From positions 186,001 through 250,000 of the forward strand of contig JBEWZL010000239.1 in assembly GCA_045837725.1 (NCBI GenBank): 64,000 nucleotides of DNA. Reading direction: 5' to 3'. The notes beneath the pieces were generated by a model. The model did not search any database. It was given only the letters and a program-made list of their open reading frames with translations, and was not told where the DNA came from. Positions 13,227 through 27,233 of this stretch are shown piece after piece; the stretch's first letter is position 1; every line of letters starts with the position of its first letter. Made by a program: the position numbers and the translations under genes. The stretch is from Vermamoeba vermiformis (taxonomy: Eukaryota).

Positions 13227-16200
13227 TTATGCATCGTTGTTATCGTACGCGTAGTCGTGGTCTTCGCCCGCAATAATTTCTTCGACCACTGGTCCTTCGC
13301 TCTCATCCGCATTAACTTCCTATAAGATTGTATATATTAGTCTATGTTCTATATGATACTACTCGCCAGCCTAATACTTACATCGTCATTTTTGTTGCCT
13401 GTGCCTGGCTGTGAAGGTCGTGCATTCGGGTCAAACCAACTCGCTGTCAATTTGTGCGCGTCAATTGTGCTGCCTCGAGAGATTGCCTGCAATTACAATA
13501 TTAATAAATGTGTCATTATATATTACGGTAACTTCATTATAATGCTTATGTTTATGCTTACCATTTCAGCGTTGCGTCTGTTGTCCATTTTGACCGTCGC
13601 TTCATTGCCATTAAGTTCGACACTGACAACGCCACCAAAAGCCTATTGAACATTAATATACAAGTCATTAATAATACTATAGCGATACATACTTTGAAGT
13701 GCTCCGTCAATTTGTTCTGATCCAGTCCTTCAGGCAAGTTGTGTAATTTGAACTGCGTGGTACGATTGTCCAATTTCATCGCACGAGGTGGATAATACGG
13801 CGCTACATAACAACCATTAGAATATGAGCACGAGGACTATGAGTTAATATGGACGTACCTGGACCACCTCTCGGCACACGACCACCGCGGCCACGAACTC
13901 TTCGCGTGCCCATGAATGGCGGGCGCGTGACAGGCGGAGCAGCAGGGGCGTTAGGATCACCGCCCATGCCTTTTAACTCTTGCTTCAGCGTCGCTAGTCG
14001 TGCTTTGAGGGCCTCGACATTCTCGCCTTCAGCTGGAGTCGCCGAGGTCTCTTCGCTCGAGCCTTCAGTGGTTAGTTCAGTCTTCACGGGCTTGGCCTCC
14101 GCTGCTTCAAAGTGCGGTGGCGGGACCCTTCTGTGAGGCACAAATGGCGCGGGCTGTTTGGGCTTTGAAGGTGACGCGGCCACGGCCTTTTGTTGCTCTT
14201 CAAGTGCGTTCTTCAAGAGGGTCTTGACAGTGTTGATTTGACCGAAGATTTGTTCGAGCTCTTGTTTCGATAGTCCCTCGCGTTTGCTCATTTGCAACAA
14301 ATCTTCGAGCATTTTTTGTTGCTTTTTGATGTAATTTAATCGCTGGTCTTTAAGCTCCTGTTGTTTTTCTTTCAATTTTTTCATGGCCTCTTGGTTCTCT
14401 TTTTCTTTTCGCTATGAACAAAAAAAAAATCAAAGTTAATTTTCCATGTCAGTCATCAACTTTGATCGATATTTCCTAATATGGTAATATTTGCAGTGTC
14501 AAAAGAGTTCGTGAAAACAACTTACCTCGGCCTCCTCAGACACTAGCTTCATAGCAGCGGGATCTACAGGCACGTGTGGCTTGACTTCAGGCTTCTCACG
14601 AGGCTGTTCTCCTTCAACTTTTTCACCGTCTTTCGGCTGATCTCGCGCCCAATACACGTTAATGAATCGATTGCCAAACACGGCCTCGGGAGATTTCACC
14701 GCGGCCTTGGCTTCAAAATGATTCGAGTACTCTATTTGCGCCTTGTTCTTGCCGATGAGATTGATGTTGACGATACTTCCGAACTTCTCAAAATGCTCGC
14801 GTAATTTCTCGGGACTCATGAACTCGGCAGGAATGTGAATAATATCCAAGGTCTTATTGTCTCTGTTCGCACCTTTGATGTGCGGACCTTGTTGATGACC
14901 GCCACCTTGATTGTACCCACCGCGTTGATTGTCACGGCCTCCGCGGCCTGATTTACCTCCGCGGCCTGGTCGATGATGGTCCCTTTCTAAAAAAGGAAAT
15001 TATTAATACTGATTACAATTCATACAAACAAAAGGTACGGAGATGATTGTTCGGGACTGTAGTTTCCATAAAAGGAAATATTTAGTTGACGTACCTTCTC
15101 GTGAATTTTCATCATTGTTCTCGCGCATAGTTTGATTGAAACTAGTGCCGGCGTTATCTCTGTCACTGTACTTCCGCTTGTTGTTATTGTACGGCTTGGA
15201 AATAGGCACCACGTAACTGTCTCCGTTCTGATCGTGTGGCTGCATGCGCGGCATCGGACCTCTTGGGCCTTGATGCATTTGCGGGTTCGCGTCCGGATCA
15301 AACACTGGCACTGCATGACCCATCATCATCTCGGGTGGAATAGCTATATATGGTAATATCCGATTAGGCCTTTGAACGATTGACACGTGATAATGTATTG
15401 TGGACGTACCTCCAGGCTGCATCGATCCGACACCAGCCATCGCAGGCAGGGGCATATTGAACTGTTGTAATTTGTCGAAGTCGTTAATAGCCACGACATT
15501 AGTGCCGTGAGAATACGGACAATTTTCACCACGCAAACAATATCCTAACTCTACGGTGATAAAAAAAAATTAGATCCGTGTGACACGTGCCTTATGAACG
15601 GAAGACATTACCATTAAAATCTCTACAAGGCCTCGTTCTATATTCCTGGCCCATATGTCCTCCTCGTCCTCGACCGCGCCCTCGTCCGCCGCGTCCTCTG
15701 TCACGCCCGTCACGTGGTGGTCTGGTGTCATCTGGCGTCCTATAAAATTCCATTAGTATACCTTGTATTATTGTATAATATACTTTTACTTACTCTATCC
15801 GCCGCCTTTTAGGTGGTCGTTCTTCATCGCTGCGACTACGTGACCTTGATCGTGACCTGGATCTCGATCGAGATCGAGATCGTGACCTGGATCTAAATCG
15901 CCTTGGTGAAACGGGCTTTTCTTGTGTATCTACATCTACGACTACTTCAACCGGTTCTGTATCATTGTTATTATCAACTGGCTTTTCAGCTGGTTTGGGA
16001 ACTGGTGGTTCTGGTTCGGATTCGCTGGGCTTATTTTGTTCTCGAACCAGTAGCTGTTGCAATTTATTTGTAAAAGCGTCTTTATCTTCTAATAGCCTCA
16101 GGACTTCAAAAATTTGATTGACGAATGCTTCAGCTTCTAATAAAATAAATCACGATTAGCTCTTTAAATTTCCTGCAAAGTCATAATTCGATCAATTTAA

Positions 16201-16585
16201 AATCACCCGAATTAGAATTTAGTAAGAAAACGATATATTAATATAATAGTAGTGTTGCTTACCGTTTTTAAGAAAATCTTTCAACTTGTCGATCACTCGC
16301 GGTTTTGTCGCATCTTCTATTTTATCCTTTTTCAAAATTGTGTAGACATAATCGCTTAATAAATCGGGATTTGCTGGTGTTCTAAATAAAATTATTAATT
16401 AAATTATTCTAGCCACAAATAAATTGTGGATGCGGTCTAAAAAAGAACCAAAAATTTTAAAAATCGAATCATTATCATATGTAGTGTTATATACTATAGG
16501 CAAGTACTTACAAAGGTTTAATTGTTTGTTTTAAATAATCTTTGAAAAGTTTCGTCGTCTCTTCATCTAAAATACCGAGATTCAT
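13227..16585 (-). CDS. RBM26: RBM26/RBM27-like RNA-binding protein (PWI, RS, CCCH zinc finger, two RRMs)
   Basis: PWI-like NPDLLSDYV, RS repeat, CRDFN...GYCLRGENCPYSHG, RRM ending SPEAVFGNRFINVYW, coiled coil, LDNR before second RRM. Confidence 0.9.
15829..15894 (-). repeat. Arg-Ser dipeptide coding repeat in the RBM26-like gene
   Basis: Encodes RSRSRS... run seen in ORF 15790-16062. Confidence 0.9.
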
Positions 16586-17062
16586 TCTGTTAACTAGCAA
16601 CTACACAAGAACAAGTTCACTATTATATACTATTATACAACGGTACTGCTTATTAACTCGTTCTTTGTTTCGGTGTTGACTTTGATCTCTGGAAAAGTTG
16701 GTCACAATTACAAAAATGTTGATTGCAGTAACAACGACTAAAATTTCACTTTATAGCTCACCCAATAACACTTATAGTGATATTGTCAACAATAGGCTGT
16801 GCAATGCACGTGGGACTCCAAGTCCAAGATTTGGAGGAAAAGAACTCGATCTACCTGGTCAACCTCGCTACTGAGACTTCAAATGGGCCGACGTGGTGTC
16901 TAAATGCGCAAATCCTTAGCATCGAACGTATAACTGTCATATTTTTATTATTGTAAGTTCAGTTCGTCAATAGTTTGAATTTGACGTGACATGACGAGTT
17001 TCATTTCGTCATATTTTTAGCTTGGTGATTATATACAGCATGATTGGTCATTTATTTCGATA

Positions 17063-19066
17063 ATGATCGGTTGGAGAACTTTATTTTTGACTGCTGTATT
17101 GTTCTTGATTTATCTTTTTCGTTCACCAATTACACGGTTAATAGAGCGCTATAAGAAACGAAAAAGACAAAGATTATTTAGCAACGAACCCTCGCAGGCA
17201 TTAATTGACCAGTTGTTGCCTTTGGTAAGCAGATCTAATTCCCACTTTCTCTGATCTTCGTTTCTTTTTTTAAAATTCACCAATAATCTTTGTATAATTG
17301 TTTATTGTACATATAGATTAATTTTACTTCGACACAATTAATCAAATTATTATTACGACCACCAAATCAATAAAAATTATTGTATTATTCTTCCTTAGCA
17401 GATAATAATTTCTTCACTATTGAATTATAGGAAGTACTTATCGATATAATTGGCTCACACGATGTTGAGTTCCTAAGAAAGTGCAGACAAGTCAGCAAAT
17501 ACTGGAACTTTGTAGCCGCCTCGATCCCGCCGCAGCATTATTTAAAGCAGCTAAGGTACTAAATTATTAATTATCTTACTATAACATTTACCTGAGCGTT
17601 TTATAGGCTTTCACGTCCAACTATTGAAAAATTGAAGCGAGATATACCAACCCACGCTCTTCCAAAAACTTTGAGCGTTAACTGGCTTGACTATCCACCA
17701 GTATATCTCTTTTATACAGAGTTATTTTCTTTATTTTTGTATTTATTTAATGGCTTTTTAGGATTGGTACGATCTGCAGTTCCTTTGCGACGACGCAGAT
17801 CTTGTGCGTCGGAAGCGCCGGAAGATTATTGACGCAGAAATAGCGGATTTATTTAGAATTACTAAGCTATTTAAAGGAAATTCAGATAATTTTTACAGCG
17901 ACCTAGTATTACAGTGAGTAGGATCCAAAAATAATATACGTTTCTTACATCCTTTTTAGCTATTTAGCCAAAGTTCGTGGGCGCTTATTTAAAAAGCACG
18001 GGGATTATTATATTGAAGGTCCTGAAACAGACGAAAACATTTTTTTCCCGATCCAACCAGAAGTTGCAGATAGCGATACAGTTGAAATCATAACAGAACT
18101 GGCATTATTGATTAAAAGATCGACTGATTATTGTAGAATAACCCAACCATATATTTATGCAATAAGAGCTCTTACGAAACCTCCACCAAAAGGTACACAA
18201 AAACTAATTCTTCTTCAATCCACCAGACTTTTAATTTCTTAATTATTTTTATTGAAGGAATTATTCCGACGGGCAAAGCATTAGTAGAAGTATTATTTTA
18301 TCTTTACACACCATGCATAGCATCAGATCTGATCCACCCGCTAGAGGCTGCAGCTCCCCACATATACGATATTTTGAGAGCTTCTGCAACCGTATCGTGC
18401 AGTGGCCTGGTATTATTATTGCAAGCGGTAAACGAAGGAGGTCAGTCTTGCAATTTTTCTTACGCGATCGCATCCACTATCCTCAACACTGCCGTTGCTG
18501 CACTCGCCTTGTTGACTGGCCCAATTTGGGAATTTACAACATTTGTTACCTATATTGGCGCAGTAGGTGTCTTTGATGACCTGATCGACAGAAACAAGCA
18601 ACAAATGCAAAAAAATTATGGTTACACGGAATTAATTCGAAGAATTTGGATTGGAATTTTTATGTTGACAGTAGATTGGAGCGCAGCCATTAGATCTATG
18701 ATTGATGGATCAATATGGTCCTATTTACTTCGCAACATCGCCTATTCAACGTATTCAGCGCTCTACGTCATAGTATGGCAGTTACTGCGTTTTAACTGGA
18801 AATGGACCACTGTCAATACGCCCAAGATGAAGTACTTGCTCAGTAGAATATATATACTAGGCCTATTTTACACTTTGTACGCTCCAGCTTTTAAAATGTA
18901 GGATAACAATTTCAGTGACGCAGATCTAAACGCTTTGTTCTCAATTGCTTCATTTCTTTTGATTTTCTATTGGGCGGTCGATTTCCGAACTATTTTTGCC
19001 TGCGCTAATAATAAAATTCCTTTTGAGCGTGCTAAAGTACAAACGGAGTTGAGTGCTTCAGAGTAG
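17063..19066 (+). CDS. Membrane-anchored F-box protein with multi-TM C-terminus; in-frame TAG at 18899-18901 (possible pseudogene)
   Basis: TM helix, then LLPL|EVLIDII...LRKCRQVSKYWN F-box, then several hydrophobic helices. Start codon and one acceptor uncertain. Confidence 0.6.
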
Positions 19067-19579
19067 TCATCGATCCACGAGTCAGGAATCGGACCGTCTT
19101 GTGGTGTTCTGCCACTGACTAATCTGTACGAGAACTGCGCGGGGAAAACTGTTTCGAACAAAAGGAGCAACGCGCCGTTGCGCAGATCGTAAGTAACTTG
19201 GTTGTAGTTGCTAGGATCAGAATCGTCAACCCTAATCTTACCTGACTGGCGTTGCAATACATATCAATGCCTAATGACAAATTGGTTGATTTTGGTACGG
19301 TCAAACTTTAGCCAAAACAACGTACCTCTACGCTTGCTCGGTATGACTGTGTTACATAAAATTAATTAGCAGCTGAAAAATGAAAGCGGGATGATTTTAT
19401 CTATACAAAATAAAGCGCGGATAGGGCGAGCTCGTTGGATAACTTGGCCACCTACCTTTTATAGACACAGCAGAATTCTACAGACCCTAGCTTTAGGGGT
19501 AGATACGTTTGATGGTAAATTAAAATAATAAGCAGCCATACGAATAATATAACTTTGTCAATTGCGTAAGCTAATTTAA

Positions 19580-21256
19580 TTAGAATTTTTCATTGAACCA
19601 TTCGTGCAATTCTTTGTTAACAACTTCAGGCATCTCTCGCGAGATCCAATGAGTGCCGTTAACTTCGACGAATTTTTTGTGATCGTTATCAACGTACTTA
19701 AGGGAGGCACGACCAAGGCGAACGTCTAAGAAGATGTCTTGGTTTCCCCAAATTACTTTAACCGGTGACTTGACGGTGAAGTCCGCAGGATCTGGCTTGT
19801 CCTCGATAAACGCAGCCTTATACCAGTTAATGGTAGACTCTAGCTCGCCAGGAATCGACCATTTAGCTTTAAGCCTAAAAATAGAACAGTAAATTTCCAG
19901 TACGCGAATCCAGATCGACCTTGAAAAAGAAATAAAATTATTGGCAACTAAAATACGTACTCATTGAGATCATATAAGCTGGTCTTGTTCGTAAATGAGC
20001 TCAGTCCAAAATAAGTCAACCAGCTATTCTCGCTAAAAAAAATGCAGATCTTAGTAACGGCATTACACGAGCATAGTATTCATAATAATATTAATCTTAC
20101 CGCTCGACTTGATACTTCAACAACCAATAAGGAGTTTGGAACAAGTAGATGTAATAGCTGTTCAAGAACTGTACGAGCGGCATATCGTTCACGAACGCCT
20201 TGGGATGAGGCAAGTTCAAAACAGCTATCATATCATAGCAAATATTAATACTATATTATGTACTATATGATGCTTTTGAAGCACGTACCAGCGCGTTCAA
20301 CGTGCTCAGGGAATTCAGCTAAGAATTGCCACATCAACAGACCTCCCCAATCATGCGCAACCATCTGAATACGAAATTAAATGATACTCGTATATATATA
20401 TATATAAACACAGCATTGAAATTATTAAACAGTTGGAGTCAAGCAAGCTTGGATCGGGCTAATTTTTCTCGACTTAAGTTCAAGTTCTTGAGCGTACCTT
20501 GACAGGCTTATTGCCGGCATAATGTTCAACGATCTTCAGTACATCGCGCGTTAATTTGCTGCGCATGTAATGCTCGACTCCAACGGGCTTGCTGCTCGTG
20601 TTGTAACCACGCAGATCTGGTGCAATAACGAAGTAGCCTTTCTTCGCAAAATATACTATTTGATGCTTCCACGTCAATGAACTGCATAGCACCGTTAGTG
20701 TTGAGTCGTAACCACATTCACAACGCGGCCCGCGCAAGTAAAACTCGTAACAATAAATATTCCAACGTGAGTGATAGTCTCGTAATAATCAAATATAAAA
20801 CGCATATTTACTAGTAAATATTATTGTCGAATATTAGGCCGCTCAAGCCGAAAATTAAAGATATTCCAGTGAGCTCAAATCTTGGGACACTTACCCTGAT
20901 TCTGGAAATCCATGAATAAAGAAAATAGGCTCTCCTTTGGGATCACCAGCCAAATTAACGTGCAAAGAGACATTAGGCGCCGTAGTAACAAATTCCTGAT
21001 TAAAATAATTTAGAGCTGACTTACAAAAATAGCTCTGAGCTAGCTAATACTATCAGTAGTATATACTTACATGCTTTAATATATTTTGAAGCTCATTGTC
21101 AATTGCAGAGGGCGTCGTTCTTTGATCCAGTTGGGAGAAGTCGATAATTAAGTGGTAAGGAAATAAGAACCACGTAATATACGCACCAACGAGCAATAAT
21201 ACGATATATAATACAGATAAGAACGAATATTTACAAAATTTTGCTATGAAGCTCAT
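19580..21256 (-). CDS. Epoxide-hydrolase-like alpha/beta hydrolase with N-terminal membrane anchor
   Basis: FIHGFPE oxyanion motif, APDLRGYNTSSKP, nucleophile AHDWGG, catalytic GTHW. Confidence 0.9.
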
Positions 21257-21788
21257 CTTGTGTTTGTTCGACGGAGATCAGACGAACAATAAAAAACTCT
21301 CCGTTACGAACCAAGATTAGATAGAATCACAAAGGTTAATGATTCTTAAATATGATTGACTAGGCAAATAGGGCTCTTCAGATCTAGAACTAGCTACCTA
21401 CCGTTTAACTAAATCCACCCAAGCTTGTTACGCTCCAAGAATGCAACCAACCGTATAGTTCATACATATTTCCTTATAATCGAGTTCGCCTAATTATTCG
21501 TCGGCCAGCATTTGGCTAGATGTGCAGATCCGTTGCATTTTCTCATCTCTCCTTCTGATTACGATATCTCCTCGTGCCCTCTTCCACGTGTTTATATTTT
21601 AACAATATGGTTTATTAAATATAACAGTGCTGTAAATGTATACGTGGATAATTTTGTCTCGATCTAGAAAATTACAAGTAGGTGTTAGAAAAATATACAG
21701 AGCGGTGTTTAATTGCATAATATTATTTTTAGTATATTATTTGCATGCTCGAACGTACCTATTATTTTTTCTACATTGTTGAACAGAT

Positions 21789-22175
21789 CTATTGTTGCAA
21801 AGGGTACCGTTTAGCAGCAGCGTCGAGGTTCTTGGCTAATTGAGCGTCATTTGCTTTGCTCCAGTTCTTGTACCAATCACCAAGCTTCCAACCTACGTAC
21901 AGACCAGCAGCGTGCCAGTAGGGATCTGATAAAAATATCAATAAATATTATAAATTAACCTAGCTCACTAAAAAATGATTTAATATTACAGCAATGATAT
22001 GTTATCATCACTTATATTTTATGCGTATTATTTAAGGCATTGGCTCTGATTATAAGGCAAGTGTTATGTAGCTGCATCTGCTCGGGTTCTTACACTTGTA
22101 AACAGGCTTGCGAGCCATAACAGAGGCTGACAATGTAATAGACGCAACCAACGAAGCACCAATCCAATTTTCCAT
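21789..22175 (-). CDS. NDUFC2: Complex I accessory subunit B14.5b (NDUFC2-like), 2 exons, ~72 aa
   Basis: Spliced product MENWIGASLVASITLSASVMARKPVYKYPYWHAAGLYVGWKLGDWYKNW... matches the RKxPxxxxPxxH two-helix pattern of plant/fungal B14.5b; only the first exon appears in the ORF track. Confidence 0.7.
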
Positions 22176-22639
22176 TGTGTTCTCGTTGTTCAAAGCAAAA
22201 TATTTTATTACAAACACGCGATCGCACAGCACAAAGGGCAACACTGGCACTAACTAAGTCTTATAACGACTATATTTGACAGATAGAAGACTCTAAACAT
22301 GCATTAAAGAGCCGTTCGCACATCATGCTGCATAGAAATTGTAAGCTTTGATATCGAGCCACCCAGGTCGCACAACATCTCGAGAGGTAACTCCGACTAA
22401 TTCAATAACTCTCGAAAAAAATTATTAAAATAACCCTTATTTTATTGTATTAGAAACATCTATTTTCAGAAAATGCTGGGCAGCGGTTCAAAATTGCCTC
22501 CCTCCGTCAATTCATTTGCCTCCTGCCGACGGAACTGCCGCGGAAGTCTTAAAGCTCCGAGAAAATATAAAAGCAATTTGAAATGTGATATTTAAACACA
22601 AACTTACCAAGCTAAAGAAGAATACAACAACAACAACAA

Positions 22640-23810
22640 ATGTCGCAACAACAACAAAAACCATTGATCCTCGTCACCGGTGCCTCAGGCCAAGTTGGAT
22701 CCACAGGCTACTACACTATTAAGAATTTACTACAACAAGGCTATCGCGTTCGAGCGTTAGTCCGCAACATCGATGACCGATCCGCTCGCTTGTTAACCAT
22801 TGGCCAGCCCGGAGACGTAGAAATCTTCAAAGGCGATTTGCTCGATTACAACTCCGTTAGAGAATCCGTAAAGGTAACATAGGCAGTATAGATAAGGTAC
22901 ATATCGGATGATTCTAATCGAGTTTCGCAGGGAGTCAAGCGAATCTACTTCTGTTTTCCAGTACGAGAAGGCATTGTGCAGGCCTCCATAATTATGGCTC
23001 GTGCCGCGAAAGAAGAAGGCATCAAAGGCGTTGTTAATATGTCGCAAGCTGCTACTATTGATGTACGTTCGAATTAATCAATCGTATTTAATATTGATGC
23101 TAATATAAATTTGTAGGAGGGCTTCGACGTTAAAAGCAAAATGAGCCGGGATCATTGGTTCTCAGAACAAGTGTTTGAATGGGCTGATGTTGGCGTCATT
23201 CATCTCAATCCCTATTTCTTCTTGGAAAATTACTTCGTCTTTCCTGGTCCTGCACTCATTCTTCAGGGTGCAGCCTTCGTTCCGTTTGATCCAAAATTCA
23301 AACACGTAAGTGACCTTACTTTATCATAACTGCAATATCTAGCTATATGTACATTCGTATATCATATCGTTACTAATGCGGCTATTATAGACACCAGTTG
23401 CGGCTGAAGATCTGGGAGTGGTCATTACAAAGCTTTTAATTAACCCAGAGCCTTACTTTGGTCGTAGAATACCTATTACGGGCCCTCCGTCTAACACTGG
23501 CTCGTGGAAGGACCACTACGAAATCGCTTCAAGAATTACTGGAAAACAGATCTCGTTCACGCACGTACCGATCGAGGCTTGGGCTCAAGCTTCATCTCAA
23601 GCATTGAATCCCCATGCTGTGCAACATTTATCGATTACGGCGGGGGCCTATAATAACGGCCGAATGAACAAACAAAGCGCCTCGGTGTTGGATGAGTTTT
23701 TGCCGCGAGATCAACAGACTACCGTGGAGCAATTTTTCGAGAAACATGCGCACCTATTTGATAGTCAAACTGGTATGCAAGTTCTCTGGGGAGAGCATGC
23801 CTCCAAGTAA
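22640..23810 (+). CDS. NmrA-family NAD(P)-binding atypical SDR
   Basis: ILVTGASGQVGSTG Rossmann motif, VRALVR, GDLLD, VVNMSQ, HWFSEQVFEW, PVAAEDLG. Confidence 0.85.
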
Positions 23811-24133
23811 TTACCTACTGAGTTTTCAACTAACTCAACATTCAACTCCGTAGTGTTGGCTTATCTAACAATATAATATATACAACATTTGTATCTCAGC
23901 CAATAATAAATAAATAGGATATTTAGTTTAATTTGTTAGAGTATTTTTACAAACAATGCCGGTTAAATTCGAAGCGCACGAGTACGAATCCAACTTGAAG
24001 CCCTATGTTTGATGCACCTTGTAGGATCATTCTACTGCACATTAAGTTTTATGTCGGCTATTCTATCAAAGTGGTTCTTGTCGGCGTTCAATTCTTTTTT
24101 ATTCGTCGAACAGCGTCTCAAATAACACACAAG

Positions 24134-26354
24134 ATGTCATTTTGGAGTAGTCTTACAACTTTTACTAATATTACTTCTTCTATTATCCAAAATGAGACGC
24201 CAACAAAAGTGCGAAGCTATGAAGAACCTGATGACCCCGATCTAAAAATTATTTATACCGGATGTCATTTACTTTTAAAGGAGTACCTCCAAGAAGGTAT
24301 GTATTAATTTATTTAATTATCATTTAACGATAAATAAGGAGAGAAAAGCAAGCACATTCAGTTCTGGCAGAGACTCCGAGATTCGATCACCAATTTAGGA
24401 GCTAGTGCCGATATTGAAGGATTAAAAGTCATACTAAATATTAATACCATCACGCCGTTAATCGAAACAAGTAAGTGTCACGAAGTAGGAGAGTTTGCAC
24501 GACGTGCACCAAGGAAATTGATCTAATTATTTTTAATTCATCAATTGCCGACATTATTTTGAATGCCTATTTTAGATATATTTCATAGATAATCAATTTC
24601 ATAATTAAATAGAAAGATAATATCGGGTGAATAAAAGCACTGATTTAATTTTTGACAGTTCGAAAGTCTACAAGCGAAAATACTTCCAATATCGACAATA
24701 TTGTTAGCATCTTCGAAATATTTCAAAAATATGGCCTAAATCATTTGAACGATTTAACCATCAAAGTCAAATTTCATCAAATCCACGCCAAAGAAAACCA
24801 ATATAAACTTCTGTTGCGTGGTATCTCCGAAAAAAAGCTAAAAGAAGAAGAACTGTTGCTTAAGAAGGACATGGATTCTGTTGTTCAATTGAGAGACGAT
24901 CTTAAAGGGTAAGATCTGATCCGTAAATTGACTTTGCAAAAATTTACTTGCTGGCATCAATCATTTATAAGCGATGATAATTAACTGACTCTTATAGGCT
25001 TCACGAAGACACTATAAAATTGCTAGATAACATGATTGATCAGCTATTGGACTTAAAATCGGCGTCAAAACATTGCATCCTCAACATCGAATCCCAAGTA
25101 GCCGAGAAACACCTGCCATTCGAAAAGGAAAATACCTTTTCGTTACAGTTCGCTCAAAGTGTCATCGATTTGTACTTAGAACCGCTTCGAGAACTGATTA
25201 AGAACGCAGATCTTGACCGATCCGAGTTCGAGGTCCGCCAGAGCAATTTCTTTTTGGAAGAAAGCGAGAAAAGTCGCTTACAAAAAGAAGAATTTCGTAG
25301 AATTGAAGGATTGGAAGAAGATTTGAGGCACGAGAACGAACTTAAGAGTTTTCAGACTTTTCTGCAGCAACTTACCGACAAAGAGAATGCAATGCACGAG
25401 CATCATAAAAATGGAGGCTCTACAGATAGAGTACTAGAAGAATTAACTACGCAGAATGCTTTCATATTGGCCTTTTACAAGCAACGAGAACAAGATCTGC
25501 AGCAAACAAAAGCCAAACGCTCCGAAATTCTTGCTCAACGCGATATCGAAGAAAAAAAGAAGAAAGAGGTATAAATTATCGATAATATTTGACATTATTT
25601 TTAATCTCGATCGTTTTCTTTCAGAGACTCGCAGTTGTTGGAAACAAAGTCAAAGCAAGACTAGAATGGCTTGAATTCTCGCAGAAACAATATAAAGCCG
25701 TGGTCCAAGAACGAGAAACATTTATCAGTACGTAATTAACTAACTTCAAAGCTGTTACGCGGCGGTTAATTTTGACACCTGTCATCTTGCGAAGTGTCAC
25801 TTTTTTGACACCGGTTCACAATATAGCCTGTACTAATTCATGTATATAGAGTGTTTGTCTTGCATATCCAACGCCATTGATGTATTTGTAACGTCACTGA
25901 ATGAAATCATCGAAAAGGAGTTGAGATCCGTGATCGAGAAACAGGTCGAGCGCATCAATGACTATTTGAACTTTTTGGACCAAAGAATTCAAGCGAAAAC
26001 TAAAGACATTGATTATTTGAAAACTAAGATCGCTAGAAAGAACGAAAAACACGTAAGTAGTAGTAGACTTGCAAATCAATCTTGGATTCGGATCGCGTCG
26101 TGTTTGGATCCGGGTTTCAAGTACAATACTGAACCATCTTGAATGTTGACTAATCAATGCTTATCGCGTATTTTTAGGTCGGTGCGCTGGAAAGAGACGA
26201 TCAAACAGATGCACGCAAATTGAAAGAGACCATTGCCCAGCACACACTCAAGTTACAACAAAGCGAGACAGTCCTAACTGAATCCAGCGCTAGAACTGTA
26301 GAATTGCGAGAAAAACTGGAGGTCCTTACTAAACTATTAGCGCCTAATTTGTAG
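24134..26354 (+). CDS. Coiled-coil protein of unknown function
   Basis: Multi-exon, E/K/Q/L-rich heptad-like exons joined by GT-AG introns. Confidence 0.65.
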
Positions 26355-26460
26355 GAGTGAATTGCCTAGATCCAAATGAAATTAAAGTAATTTTAATGTC
26401 ACGTACAAATGAACAACTTAATTCACCCGTTAACAGATCCAAACATTGAATATTGAACTC

Positions 26461-27033
26461 TTATTTTGGTTCGTTGGCTCGAGTTATTTTGACCACGAAT
26501 CTGTCTCCAAAGTGTTTCAAGTATTCAGTCACTAAAGCACTACACAGCAAATGTATTTGAGGCCTCATCTCTAACTCGAAATATTCTTGCAGCTCTTCTA
26601 CGGTCGGTAGTTGCATGTTGCACGTGTGTTGCTCGCCCCAAGCAACTAAATCTGCAGCAGAAAGTCGAACTTCCTCTGGCAGCTCGTTGTAGCACTCCTG
26701 TACGCCTCCCCATAAGCTGTATTCTAAAGAGTAAAATAGTCCGTGCCAAGGAGTGCCTTTACTTTGCTCCAAGCGATCAATTTTTCCGTATCTGAAAAAG
26801 TGAACTCCATCCGGTATTGTTATCGTCGGCTCAGTTAGTGTTGGGTCTCGTGTTGCTATGCCATACTCTTCGTACGCATCAGTGATTTTTTCTCTAATTT
26901 CATCGTACGCCGCTTCAAGTTGGATCATTAACTGGGTGTTGGTTTTATCACCCCTCACCATGGCCATTTCAACCTCAGTTAATTGTGCTTCTAACTGCTT
27001 GATCTTATCTAGGATAGAAGAAGTATTCTCCAT
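26461..27033 (-). CDS. Hypothetical protein, intronless, ~190 aa
   Basis: ATG (MENTSS) in A-rich context, N-terminal coiled coil, then a globular-looking region. Confidence 0.55.
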   Translation of the reverse strand: MENTSSILDKIKQLEAQLTEVEMAMVRGDKTNTQLMIQLEAAYDEIREKITDAYEEYGIATRDPTLTEPTITIPDGVHFFRYGKIDRLEQSKGTPWHGLFYSLEYSLWGGVQECYNELPEEVRLSAADLVAWGEQHTCNMQLPTVEELQEYFELEMRPQIHLLCSALVTEYLKHFGDRFVVKITRANEPK

Positions 27034-27233
27034 TGTGTGTTGTTCGAGTGTGCGTAGAATAAAAAAGCCAGTAACAAATCGCATTTCTGGTGAGATCTGC
27101 AAATATAACTGTCATACTTCTATGAATGCATCTTTATAGGCCATGGGCTGCAGAGTAATGGAATGAGAGACACAAACCGAGCATCGATCAAACGGACCGA
27201 TCTGCAAATAGCTATCATGTCTGATGCGAAATT

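Noticed and set aside
19228-19236. CAACCCTAA telomere-like word
   Set aside because: Isolated, no surrounding structure, expected by chance
18967-19340. Minus-strand 96-aa ORF with splice-like signals upstream
   Set aside because: Could not join into an open frame; overlaps the F-box gene extension; no motif
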